DNA of 64,000 nt from Mobula hypostoma. Its lineage: Eukaryota. The stretch is taken from contig NC_086097.1 in the NCBI RefSeq assembly GCF_963921235.1, forward strand, positions 235,292,001 to 235,356,000, given 5' to 3'. The notes beneath the pieces were generated by a model. The model was given only the letters and a program-made list of their open reading frames with translations, had not been told where the DNA came from and did not search any database. Within the stretch, counting starts at the first letter, position 1; every line of letters begins with the position of its first letter. The translations under genes and the position numbers were made by a program. Shown here one piece after another: positions 12,216 through 24,179 of this stretch.

Positions 12216-12783
12216 TCTCCCAGTGGCCACACATTTTAATTCCACGTCCTATTCCCATTCTGATATGTCTATCCATGGCCTCCTCTACTGTAAAGATGAA
12301 ACCGCACTCAGGTTGGAGGAACAACACCTTATATTCCGACTGGGTAGCCTCCAACCTGATGGCATGAACATTGACTTCTCAAACTTCCGCTAATACACCA
12401 CCTCCCCCTCGTACCCCATCTGTTATTTATTTATATACACTCATTCTTTTTCTCTCTCTCCTTTTTCTCCCTCTGTCCCTCTCACTATACCCCTTGCCCA
12501 TCCTCTGGGTTCCCCCCCCCCTTTCTTTCTCCCTGGCCGCCTGTCCCATGATCCTCTCATATCCCTTTTGCCAATCACCTGTCCAGCTCTTGGATCCATC
12601 CCTCCCCCTCCCGTCTTCTCCTACCATTTTGGATCTTCCCCTCCCCCTCCCACTTTCAAATCTCTTACTAGCTCTTCTTTCAGTTCGCCTAGACGAAGGG
12701 TCTCAGCCCAAAACGTCGACTGTACCTCTTCCTAGAGATGCTGCCTGGCCTGCTGCATTCACCAGCAACTTTGATGTGTGTTG
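12216..12783 (+). mobile_element. Penelope-like element 3' fragment (ORF end + terminal repeat), 5-bp TSD TTGGA
   Basis: DLPVATHFNS...LGSLQPDGMNIDFSNFR* is nearly identical to the end of the ORF at 18333. TTGGA at 12211-15 and 12784-88. Confidence 0.9.
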
Positions 12784-13544
12784 TTGGAATATTGTGAGCA
12801 GTTTTGAAGCCCTTTTCTAAGAAAAGGTGTGCTGGCATTGGAGAGGATCCAGAGGAGGTTCACCAGCTGGACCCTGGGAACAAAAGGGTTAATGTATGAG
12901 GAGCATTTGATGGCTCTGGGCCTGTACTCATTGGAGTTTAGAAGAATGAGAGAAGATCTCATTGAAACCTATTGAATATTGAAAGGCCTAGACTGATTGG
13001 ATGTGAGAAGGATGTCAAAGGTTACAGGGAGAAGGCAGGAGAATGGAGTTGTGAGGGATAGTACATCAGCCATGATGGAATGGCAGAGCAGACTTGATGG
13101 GCCAAATGGCCTAATTCTGCTCCTATGCTTTATGACCTAATGGCGTAAGCATTTTGTCTCACTTCTATCCAATAGTTTTTGCCTCAAAATAATTGTCTTC
13201 ATGATTTTTATTATACTGGGCTGCCTGTTCTGGATTAACATAATTTTGGTGACACTTGTGCACATTAAATTTTCCACTGTGAACTAAATGCAGAAGCCTC
13301 AGCAAATCAGTTGCCTGATCTGCATTTAGATGCCCAGTATAAAGTAGACCTCATTGTAAACCTTGAATGCTACCTGTAAGATTGGAAGAGCTGCACTTCT
13401 GAATCGGAAATTGTAAATCATTGTTCGCGTCTTTGTTGTGACTGTTGAACTGAATCGTTGCAGAGACATTGAAGATAGTTGAAATAAATAGCATTTCAAA
13501 CTTTTTTTCTAATTTCAAGAATTAGCTTTATTCATAGACCAAGA

Positions 13545-14970
13545 AGGTATGACAAGGGAGGTGCAAGAGCACTTACAGGGCCGCTTTGAGTCTGTCGACT
13601 GGACTGTGTGCAGGGAGACATCTTTGAGTCTGAGTATGCCATGGTTGTCACTGACTTCATTAAAACCTGTGTGGATGAGTGTCTACATACAAGAACATAC
13701 TGTACCTACCCAATTCAAAAGCCGTGGATGATTTATAGTTTGTAGTCCGCTGAGAGCTGGATCTATGGCATATCTCAAGAATAAGAGAACAATTTAGATC
13801 GAGATTGGAAGTGCATTCTGGTGCACGCCAACTCTAGCAGAGTTCGCAGGTAATTACTTCTTACAAAGTGAAACCTAACGTCGTGGTGCTTCACTCGCAG
13901 ATGAGCTCAGCACCTTTTATGCTCGCTTTGAAAGGGAGAATAAACATCAACCCACAAGACCAAAAGATATAGGGACAGGATTAAGCCATTTGGCCCATCA
14001 GGTCTGCTCTGCTATTTCATTATGGCTGATCCAATTTTCCTCTCAGCCCCAATCTCCTGCCATCTCCCCATATCCCTTCATGCCCTGACCATTCAATAAT
14101 CTATCAAACTCTGCCTTAAATATACATAAATACTTGGCCTCGACAGCTGCCTGTGGCAAAGAATTCCACAGATTCACCACTCTCTGATTAAAGGAAATCC
14201 TCCTCATATCCATTTTAAAATGATACCCCTCTATTCTGAAGCTGTGTCCTCTGATCTTAGACTCTCTCACCATAGGAAACATCCTCTCCACATCCACTCT
14301 ATCAAGGCCTTTCATCATTCGATAGGGTTCGAGGAGGTCACTCTTCATTCTTCTGAATTCTAGTAAATACAGGCCCAGAGCCATCAAACACTCTTCATAT
14401 GACATATCCTGGGCCAAAAATATTGATACACAACAGCAGCTATATTTCCTTAGAAGCTTGAGTAGACTTGGCATGTCACCAAATGCCCTTTCAAATTTCT
14501 ACAGATGTACCAGGGAGAGCACTCTAATTGGCTGTATCGCCATCTGGTAAGTAAGGGCCACTGCACAGGTTCAGAAAAAACCGCAGGAAGATGTGAGCTC
14601 AGCCAACTCCATCATGGGCACCTTCCAAAGGTAATGCCTCAAAAAGGTGGCATCTACCATTAAAGGGTCCATCACCCAAGACCTGCCCTCTTCTCATTCC
14701 ACCATCAAGGAGGAGGTACAGGAGCCTGGAGACAAACACTCAATGTTTCAGGAACAGCTTTTTCATCTCTACCATCTCATTTCTGAATTGGCAATGACAG
14801 TACAGTACCTCACTTTATTTTGTTTGCTTTTTTCACTGCTTACAGTATTTTAATTTAATTTGATATATATTTATTTTTGTAATGTATAGTTCTTTATGAT
14901 TATTGTAATGTACTGCAATAAATAACAAATTTCACGACATATGCAGAGATAGTAAACCCAATTCTGATTT
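13545..14970 (+). mobile_element. Degenerate Rex1/Babar-like LINE pieces (13545-13955, 14406-14970) split by a CR1
   Basis: EHLQGRFESVDWTV and a KPWM-like segment, ELSTFYARFE, then LYFLRSL..GMS. AT-rich 3' end with TCTGAT repeats. Confidence 0.65.
13956..14405 (-). mobile_element. CR1 3' fragment
   Basis: SYEECLMALGLY...NQRVVNLWNSLPQAAVEA in ORF 14043-14474. Confidence 0.85.
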
Positions 14971-16297
14971 TGTTTTGGGTTCTGTCTGGTCTGGAAATTT
15001 CCTTGAATTTGATCACAGTGGTGAAAAACAACTAACGCTGCTTGGTTTGATGTAACACTACGTAACCATGCTGTCTTATGCTTGACTGATACATAGAAGA
15101 ATATTTCATGGTTATGTCAGTTTGCAAACCATACATCTTGAGTGGACAACGTCCTGCTGTCATCCAGTAACCTGTCCTCTGTTTATAAAGCGGACATTTT
15201 ATTTTTATTCTGATTACTGCTTACAATTTTCATTCAAGACTGAAAACCGGTTCTAGTTTGAATTAATGTCAGAAGTCCTAAGTCAAGTCAAATAAAGTTT
15301 ATTGTCATTTAACTATATATACGTATACCGCCAATCGAGACATTTCTTCGGACCAGGGTGTAAAGCCCAGTAGTAAACATAACACATACAACTTTCAATA
15401 ACTTAGGAAAGTAAGAAATAAATCTACAAATGAATTATGCATACATAAACAAAATAAAGTGCATAAATTAAATATTGTAGGATACAGTAAAAATTATCCA
15501 ATTTGACTTGAATGTGATGTGGCAGGGAATTCAGAAGCTTAATGGCCTGAAGAAAGAAGTTGTTTCCCATCCTGACCATTCTTGTCTTGTCTTAAATAAC
15601 TAAGTCTTTGGCCTGACCAAATATTTTCTAATTCCTTAGATCTCTGATAGCTTTTTAGCTTAAAAAAATTTATAGTGGTGTTATATAGTGGTTAACTGTA
15701 CATACTGGCTGTGTGGTGAAAAAAGCACAACAGTGCCTCTTTCACTTCAGACAGCAGAAGAAGTTTGGTACAAGTCCCCAGATCCTCAGGACTTTCCACA
15801 GGGGCACAACTGAGAGCATCCTGACTGGCTGTATCACCGCCTGGTACGGGAATTTTACTACCCTCAACTGCAGCGCATTGCAGAGAGTGGTGTGGAGAGC
15901 CCAGCGCATCTGTGGATTATGAACTTTCCTCTATTCAGGACATTTACAGCAGCAGATGTGTGAAAAGAACCCAGAGGATCCTCAGGGGCTCCAATCACCC
16001 CAACCACAAACTGTTTCAGCTGCTTCCATCTGGCAAACAGTACTGTAGCATTAAGGCCAGGACCAATGGGTTGAGGGTCAGCTTCTTTCAACCAGGCCAT
16101 CAGATTTATCAATACACATTGATCTGATTGCATATCTAACTGCACATTGTATCTGACTATACATACATGTATACAAAACAATTATGTATACAATCTCGCA
16201 AACAACAGGAATTCTGCAGATGCTGGAAATTCAAGCAACACACATCAATGTTGCTGGTGAACGCAGCAGGCCAGGCAGCATCTCTAGGAAGAGGTAC

Positions 16298-16333
16298 CGT
16301 AGACGTTTCAGTCCGAGACCCTTCGTCAGGACT
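16298..16333 (-). ncRNA. Hammerhead ribozyme copy in the inverted 5' repeat (stems mutated)
   Basis: Minus strand AGTCCTGACGAAGGGTCTCGGACTGAAACGTCTACG. Core intact, with mismatches in stems I and II. Confidence 0.65.
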
Positions 16334-16459
16334 AACTGAAGGAAGAGTTAGTAAGAAATTTGAAAGTGGGAGAGGGAGGGGAAATCCGAAATGATAGGGA
16401 TGTGTGAATCCGACGGAGGATGAAAGAACGGGTAGGACCATTACAGACGGCGAAGACTT

Positions 16460-18333
16460 CACCGCACCTTGTTGCCATTCCAACCTCACTCCTTCGGAAC
16501 GCTCTGCTCTCCACTCCCTCCGCACTAATCCTAAACTTATTATTAAACCCGCCGATACGGGGGGTGGTGTTGTAGTCTGGCGTACTGACCTCTACCTTGC
16601 CGAGGCACAGCGACAACTCGCGGATACCTCCTCTTATTTACCCCTCGATCGTGACCCCACTAAGGAGCACCAGGCCATTGTCTCCCACACCATCACCGAC
16701 TTTTTATCCGCTCAGGGGATCTCCCATCCACTGCTACCAACCTTATAGTTCCCACACCTCGCACTTCCCGTTTCTACCTCCTACTCAAGATCCACAAACC
16801 TGCCTGTCCTGGCCGACCTATTGTCTCAGCTTGCTCCTGCCCCACCGAACTCGTTTCTACGTACCTCGACACATTTTTATCCCCCCTTGTTCAATCCCTT
16901 CCGACCTATGTTCGTGACACTTCTCACGCTCTTAAACTTTTCGATGATTTTAAGTTCCCTGGCCCCCACCGCTTTAATTTCACCATGGATGTCCAGTCCC
17001 TATATACTTCCATCCCCCATCAGGAAGGTCTCAAAGCTCTCTGCTTCTTTTTGGATTCCAGACCTAATCAGTTCCCCTCTACCACCACTCTGCTCCATCT
17101 AGCGGAATTAGTCCTTACTCTTAATAATTTCTCCTTTGGCTCCTCCCACTTCCTCCAAACTAAAGGTGTAGCTATGGGCACCCATATGGGTCCTAGCTAT
17201 GCCTGCCTTTTTGTTGGTTTTGTGGAGCAATCTATGTTCCGTACCTATTCTGGTATCTGTCCCCCACTTTTCCTTCGCTACATCGACGACTGCATTGGCG
17301 CTGCTTCCTGCACGCATGCTGAGCTCGTTGACTTTATTAACTTTGCCTCCAATTTTCACCCTGCCCTCAAGTTTACCTGTCCATTTCCGACACCTTCCTC
17401 CCCTTTCTAGATCTTTCTGTCTCTGTCTCTGGAGACAGCTTATCCACTGATGTCTACTATCAGCCTACGGACTCGCACAGCTATCTGGACTATTCCTCTT
17501 CTCTTGCAAAAATACCATCCCCTTCTCACAATTCCTCCGTCTCCGCCGCATCTGCTCTCAGGATGAGGCTTTTCATTACAGGACGAGGGAGATGTCCTCC
17601 TTTTTTAAAGAAAGGGGCTTCCCTTCCTCCACTATCAACTCTGCTCTTAAACGCATCTCCCCCATTTCACGCACATCTGCTCTCACTCCATCCTCCTGCC
17701 ACCCCACTAGGAATAGGGTTCCCCTGGTCCTCACCTACCACTCCACCAGCCTCCGGGTCCAACATATTATTCTCCGTAACTTCCGTCACCTCCAAGGTGA
17801 TCCCACCACTAAGCACATCTTTCCCTCCCCCCCTCCTGCTTTCCGCAGGGATCGCCCCCTACGCGACTCCCTTGTCCATTCGTCCCCCCAAATCCCTCCC
17901 CACTGATCTCCCTCTTGGCACTTATCCTTGTAAACAGAACAAGTGCTACACATGCCCTTACGTTTCCTCCCTTACCACCATTCAGGGCCCCAAACAGTCC
18001 TTCCCTGTGAGGCGACACTTCATCTGTGAGTCGACTGGGGTGATATACTGCGTCCGGTGCTCCCGATGTGACCTTCTATATATTGGCGAGACCCGACGCA
18101 GACTGGGAGACCGTTTTGCTGAACACCTACGCTCTGTCCGCCAGAGAAAGCAGGATCTCCCGGTGGCCACACATCTTAATTCCACATCCCATTCCCATTC
18201 TGACATGTCTATCCACAGCCTCCTCTACTGTAAAGATGAAGCCACACTCAGGTTGGAGGAACAACACCTTATATTCCATCTGGGTAGCCTCCAACCTGAT
18301 GGCATGAACATCAACTTCTCCAACTTCCGCTAA
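16460..18333 (+). pseudogene. PLE reverse transcriptase + Cys-linker + GIY-YIG endonuclease, frameshifted
   Basis: IIKPADTGGGVVV, MDVQSLYTSIPH, QTKGVAMGTHMGPSYA, LRYIDD, CKQNKCYTCPY, VIYCVRCSRCDLLYIGETRRRLGDRFAEHL. Confidence 0.92.
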
Positions 18334-18630
18334 TGCCCCACCTCCCCCTCGTACCCCATCTGTTATTTATTTTTATACACACATTCTTTCTCTCTCTCTC
18401 TCCTTTTTCTCCCTCTGTCCCTCTGATTATACCCCTTGCCCATCCTCTGGGTTCCGCCCCCGCCTTGTCTTTCTCCCTGGACCTCCTGTCCCATGATCCT
18501 CTCATATCCCTTTTGCCTATCACCTGTCCAGCTCTCGGCTCCATCCCTCCCCCTCCTGTCTTCTTCTATCATTTTGCATCTCCCCCTCCCCCTCCAGCTT
18601 TCAAATCCCTTACTCACTCTTCCTTCAGTT

Positions 18631-18666
18631 AGTCCTGACGAAGGGTCTCAGCCTGAAACGTCGACT
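18631..18666 (+). ncRNA. Minimal type I hammerhead ribozyme in the PLE terminal repeat
   Basis: AGTC-CTGACGA-AGG(GTCTCAG)CCT-GAAA-C-GTC-GACT: stem I AGTC/GACT, core CUGANGA, stem II, GAAA, GUC cleavage triplet. Minimal HHRs are known from PLE pLTRs. Confidence 0.85.
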
Positions 18667-20049
18667 CTCCCTCTTCCTAGAGATGCTGCCTGGCCTGCTG
18701 CGTTCACCAGCAACTTTGATGTGTGTTGCATGTATACAATCTTAGTGTTTGGGCAACGTCCTCCCACATTTCCCTTCCTTCTTGCTTGTACGTAGCGACG
18801 ATGACGCAACGTAAGGATTTTTACTCCCTCGTGTTGTGAGATGGATGTAAGAAATAAAATTCTATTCTCATTCTATTTACTTTTAAATGGATGCCTTGTA
18901 TGCTGAAGATGAACTTTTTTCCTCTCAGTCTACGCATCATGGCGTTTGTACTTCACTATCCATCTGCACTGCACTTTCTCCATGACACTATATTCTGCAC
19001 GCTGTTTTCCTTTTTATAACATTGATGTACTTGTGTATGGAGTGCTCTGTCTGGATGTCACACAAACAAAAGTTTTATGCTCTCTCTCAGTACATGTAGC
19101 AATAATATACCAATTACCAACTTAATGGCCTCTTTAGTGCTTACACCGCAGCCTCATCTGCAGTTAATGGTACTCAATAACCTTTGTGTTTTATGCCTCT
19201 GGTCCTACCACCACAAACGATATCTCCTTCCTCTCCCTGCCTTTTGATGGCCTCTCTCTGTTCTGTACCTTCTCCTGGAACCTAGAGAACATCATTTATT
19301 CTTAGAAACAGTTCCACATATCCATATGCAAGGTTAATGGCTGAATCCATCCATATAACTCTGCTCACTAAGCTATTTACTAGCCATCGTCACTGTTGTT
19401 CTGCTCTTTAGTTCCTTCTTTCTGGGTCACAGGTTAGCCCTCAAGTAACAACATCCCAAAATCAATGCCACTGTTCTGTCTGTAGGTTACGCACATTGAT
19501 TCAAGCAGAACCAGATGTACAGAGGGAAACCTATAAATTATTTGTTATTGGAGGCAGTAATTTGGCAACAGCTTTCAACTAAATAACAGTGTTTGGGCAG
19601 AGCGATATACTGATGTTACTAAGCAATAGATATTTGTACTCCATACAATGAACCACAGAATCATAGAATGAGTGGGTTACACAGCACCAAAAGAGAGGAC
19701 CTTCAGTCACCCAGGATATGCCTCTTTTCATTGCTACCATCAAGGAGGAGGTACTGGAACCTGAGGACACATACTCAGTGTTATAGGAACAGCTTTTCTC
19801 CCTCCGCCATCAGATTTCTGAATGGACAATGAACCCCTGTACATAACCTCACTCTTCTATTTTTTTTCTTTTTCTGCTCTCTTTTTGCACTACTTTCGGC
19901 TTTCAGTCCACACCACGACGCAGCCAGATAGGATACTCTCAATGGTGCTCCGGTAGAAATATGTTAGAATGGAGGTAAGGTGCCTTCCTCAGAAAATGTA
20001 GACACTGCTGTGCCTTCTTAACTAATGAGGAGATGGTGTGGGTCCAGGT

Positions 20050-20990
20050 TATACTTTATACTTTATTGTCGCCAAACAATTGATACTAGAGTGTACAATC
20101 ATCACAGCGATATTTGATTCTGCTCTTCATGCTCCCTGGAGTACAAATCGATAGTAAATATTAAAAATTTAAATTATAAATCATAAATAGAAAATAGAAA
20201 AGGGAAAGTAAGTGTAAGGGGGTTTAGACTTTTATGTTACTGCGGAGGCTCATTAAAATGGCGTCTTTGTTATGTTAATCTGGGGAATGCGGTTTTGTTG
20301 TGTTAAACACTGAGAAAGTTTGCGCTAGCAGCTTGTTTTTGTTTAGAGTGTGATAAGAGGGTTTGTTAACCTATTGGGATAGCTGTTATGGTTTTGGTGT
20401 ATTTGAAGATACTGTATGCGTGGGGTTTGGGGGCAGAAGGCAGAAGAACGAGACAGAGGAGGGACGAGGTGCTGTGATGTCCGCTAACGGGGTCGGACCC
20501 CGAGGAGGGCGTTCGGCGAGGAGACGGAGACGGATTAGGGTGGAGTGTCTGGTCGACCACCGTTGTTGGTCCCAGGCGGCCGGTCGAGGTGGTCCGAGGG
20601 CTCACAGGGTGAAGAAGAAGGTCCTTGAGCTCCAACTATTTTGTGCACGAAAAGATTGAAATTTGATAAGTGTGGTGCCTTTTATTTTCCTTTTATATTT
20701 TATTCTCTCTTAATTATATAGTTCCAGTAATATCTATAAACTGTAAATCATTTAATTGCATCTGGAGTATTGTCTGTTATTTGGGTGGGGTGGGGTACCT
20801 CACACAGCTTCCACACAAACTATTACCCAGTTTGCCGGGGCCGAGGACTGTTTCCCTAGACGACAGTGAGCCGAGCGACCCTGAGGGTGGCCAGGGGGGC
20901 TACATAAGGTAGTGCAAAAAAACCGAGAGGCAGGTCCGGATATTTGGAGATCCGGGTCAGGATCCATTCAGCAGTCTTATCACCATTGGA
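20050..20990 (-). mobile_element. LINE (Rex-like) 3' end with (AAAGTAT)n tail, interrupted by a solo LTR
   Basis: ATACTTTATACTTTATTG tail at ~20050. AAAGTAAG|GTAGTGC is restored when the LTR is removed. Confidence 0.6.
20213..20904. mobile_element. Solo LTR (692 bp), TGTA...TACA termini, 4-bp TSD TAAG
   Basis: TAAG at 20209-12 and 20905-08. CpG-rich interior and no coding sequence. A 4-bp TSD fits Gypsy or ERV1-type integrases. Confidence 0.85.
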
Positions 20991-22699
20991 AAGAAAGGTT
21001 AGATCAACCATTATGTGTGCACCAAGGAACTTTCTATTATTCACTCCTTCTACAGCAGAGCCATTAATGTGCAATGGAGAGTGGTTGACCATCACTTTCC
21101 TGAAGTTCACAATCACCCCTAGATGAGGAAAAACAGCTCCCCATGACTAAACCTCTACACCTGCATGTAATGAACCATTTGATGTTCTTGCAAGCACAAC
21201 TTGGCAATAACTCTGCAGCAACTGACACCTGCATAGTTTCTGTGCTCCTTCTCATTTCCTCGGAAACAAATGCAATTTTTAATAAATATACCAAGCAGTA
21301 GAGGACTTTCTCTGAACCCTGGAGTAGCTCACGTTACCTCAGGCTTACTATTTCAAGTAGATCTAAGTACATTTATTATCAAAGAATGTATAAGTTATAG
21401 AACCTTGAGATTTGCTGCTCACAGGTAGTAACAAAGCAAGAAACCCGAAAGAACCCAATTTAAAGAAAAAAAATAAAAGACCAACACTCAATTGGCAAGA
21501 GAAAGAAAAAAAAACAAGTCATGCAAACAATTTAAGTAAACAACAGCATTCTGAACCAAAAGTGAGTCCTCAGATCCAAAGCCCGGAATAGGCCCGAAGC
21601 CTCGCTTATCAGTTCATTACATTAGCGTGCATGAAGCACAGCAGCCGGGGCTGTCTTCATTGCCTGAGCTCCAAGGAGATGGTCATCACAGAGAATGAGT
21701 GAAATTGGCTCTCGTCCCAGCTGACACCTTGTCGTTTGAGTCTCTTTGGGCTGGCCATTAAATTGACCCAATGACAGAACAGCGGAAGACTCTGCATCCC
21801 GGAAAGAGGAGTGAACATCACAGACAACGAGCAAAATCGGCTCTCGACTCTCATCTGGGTTGGTGCTTAAATTGTCAAAACAGCGCATTGTACCTCACAC
21901 TAGGACCCAGGCACCACTGTTGCGAAAGGCCCCGGGCCTAGACCATGCTACCCAGTGACTCGCTCTGGGCCCAGGTTTCATCACCCAACCTGAAGCCATT
22001 CTCAAGCTCTTCAAATCAGCTCGGCGCCCAATGCGATCTAACCCCTCACTTGGGCCAGTTGAATGAGCATCAAAATAAAATCTCCTTTGGCCAAGCCCTG
22101 ACTTCAATCCAACTTCACTCCCGGGCCAGCTGTATCTGCATCATTTCATTCCCCTGAACAAGCCTTGCCATCACTCGCTCCTTCACTGTTTGTGAAGGTA
22201 ATTCAACACAATTAGGAAATTGGTTAAAGCCTCCTTTCTTGTATAATCCCTTAGGCCCTGCATCTTTTATAGCACTGGAATTTATTTCCTTTATCATTCC
22301 TGATAAAGGACTTCATCAAAACCTTTTGGAAATCTAAGTAATGATTAGAACCACATTTACCTGATCTACTCTTTCTGAGTCCCCAGAAAAAATTGAATCA
22401 CATCTGTCAAAATTTGTTGCCTTTTTTACACACTCTTGTTTATCCTGCATCAGCTTGTCTAATCCTTTTCTTAAAAATTCTTCAACATTATCTATACTTT
22501 GTTGCTTGTTTGAAATCTTATTTTTTTATGAGCCTTAATGTGTCTTTTCATAGAGTGATAGAATTATGCAGCATAGAAACAGGCCTTTCAACACAAGTCA
22601 ACTAAATTAAGATCTGTTCTGATCCCATGTCCATATAAACCCCTCCTGTCCATGTACTGGACTAAATGTATATTAAGCATTGTAATTGTTCCTGCTTCT

Positions 22700-23412
22700 A
22701 GAATATAGAACATAGAACATAGAATAGTACAGCACAGTACAGGCCCTTCGGCCCACAATGTTGTGCCGACCCTCAAACCCTGCCTCCCATATAAGCCCTC
22801 ACCTTGAATTCCTCCATTTACCTGTCTAGTAGTCTCTTAAACTTCACTAGTGTATCTGCCTCCACCACTGACTCAGGCAGTGCATTCCACGCACCAACCA
22901 CTCTCTGAGTAAAAAACCATCCTCTAATATCCCCCTTGAACTTCCCACCCCTTACCTTAAAGCCATGTCCTCTTGTATTGAGCAGTGGTGCCCTGGGGAA
23001 GACATGCTGGCTATCCACTCTATCTATTCCTCTTATTATCTTGTACACCTCTATCATGTCTCCTCTCATCCTCCTTCTCTCCAAAGAGTAAAGCCCTAGC
23101 TCCCTTAATCTCTGATCATAATGCATACTCTCTAAACCAGGCAGCATCCTGGTAAATCTCCTCTGTACCCTATCCAATGCTTCCACATCCTTCCTATAAT
23201 GAGGCGACCAGAACTGGACACAATACTCTAAGTGTGACCTAATCAGAGTTTTATAGAGCTGCATCATTACATCGCGACTCTTAAACTCTAACCCTCGACT
23301 CATGAAAGCTAACACCCCATAAGCTTTCTTAACTACCGTATCCACCTGTGAGGCAACTTTCAGGGATCTGTGGACATGTACCCCCAGATCCCTCTGCTCC
23401 TCCACACTACCT
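22700..23412 (-). mobile_element. Young 5'-truncated CR1 inside an older degenerate CR1 (~22545-23750)
   Basis: 203-aa open ORF2 C-terminus (22818-23429) and (TTCTATG)n tail at 22700-22725. Confidence 0.9.
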
Positions 23413-24179
23413 TTTGGCAGCTTTTCCATAAATGCACCAGCATTTATGTGTGAAAAACTACATTTTATTTTTTTTTCTTCTTGCTTTAAACCCGTGCCCC
23501 CTAGTTTTAGACTCTCCTACCCTGAGGAAGAAACCTGTTACCATCCATGTGATTTTATTAAGCTCTACAAAAGGATGTTTGAGTTATAAAAGGTTGGGAC
23601 TGTTTTCCCTGGACTGCTTTCACTGTCTTGTCTCCTCTTAAAACTCAGTCAATCCAGTCCCAGCATCATCCATGCATTATTTTTTTCTGCATCCTCTCCA
23701 AATTTATCGCATTCTTCCTATAGGTTGGCACCCAGAATTCCACAGATGTCTTTAGTTATTTTTCAAGTCATATTGTATGCAACCTTTGTAACTTCCAACT
23801 TGACCTCTTGGGAAATACTATTCTCTGTGCCTGATTTGATACGTTCCATTTCTTGTTTGATGTCCACCTTGCAATCTGGTTTTATTCTCATTGTTTAAGG
23901 AAACAAGGTTACATAATGTTTAGCAAAGATCCAGGTTCATTTCCTGCTGCTGCTGTGAGGATCATAAGATATAGGAGCAGAGTGAGGCCATTTGGCCCAT
24001 CAAATCTGCTCCACCATTTTATCAAGGCTGATCCATTTTCCCTCTCAGTCTTCTCTCCGTATCCCATCATGACCTGACTAATCGAAAACCTATCATCCTG
24101 TGCCTTAAATACACCAATGGCACTGTTTCCAGAGCTGCCTGTGGCAATAAGTTCCACAGATTCACCACTCTTTGCCTAA

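Larger units (their letters stand above)
9520..13138 (+). mobile_element. Old degenerate CR1 fragment hosting a young CR1 and a Penelope-like fragment (pieces 9520-9592, 11966-12215, 12784-13138)
   Basis: Continuity of CR1 coding sequence across the inserts (AAGAAGT..ATGGAATACAGTG; CACTTGGA..TTGGAATATTGTG). Tail remnant at ~13125-13138. Confidence 0.75.
16197..18729 (+). mobile_element. Penelope-like element (probably Neptune-type), 5'-truncated, with inverted 5' terminal repeat and 13-bp TSD
   Basis: TSD ATGTATACAATCT at 16184-96 and 18730-42. Most of 16197-~16395 is the reverse complement of the 3' end. RT and GIY-YIG remnants are present. Confidence 0.93.
15700..18875 (+). mobile_element. 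Rex1/Babar-like 3' fragment (15700-16196, 18730-18875) hosting the Penelope-like element
   Basis: VKKAQQCLFHFRQ...ILRTFHRGTTESILTGCITAWYG and HPNHKLFQLLPSGK. Sequence resumes after the TSD and ends in AATAAA plus an ATTCT tail. Confidence 0.75.

Noticed and set aside
12371..12820. Pro/Leu/Ser-rich ORFs here and at 18333-18795
   Set aside because: Translations of the pyrimidine-rich PLE terminal repeat.
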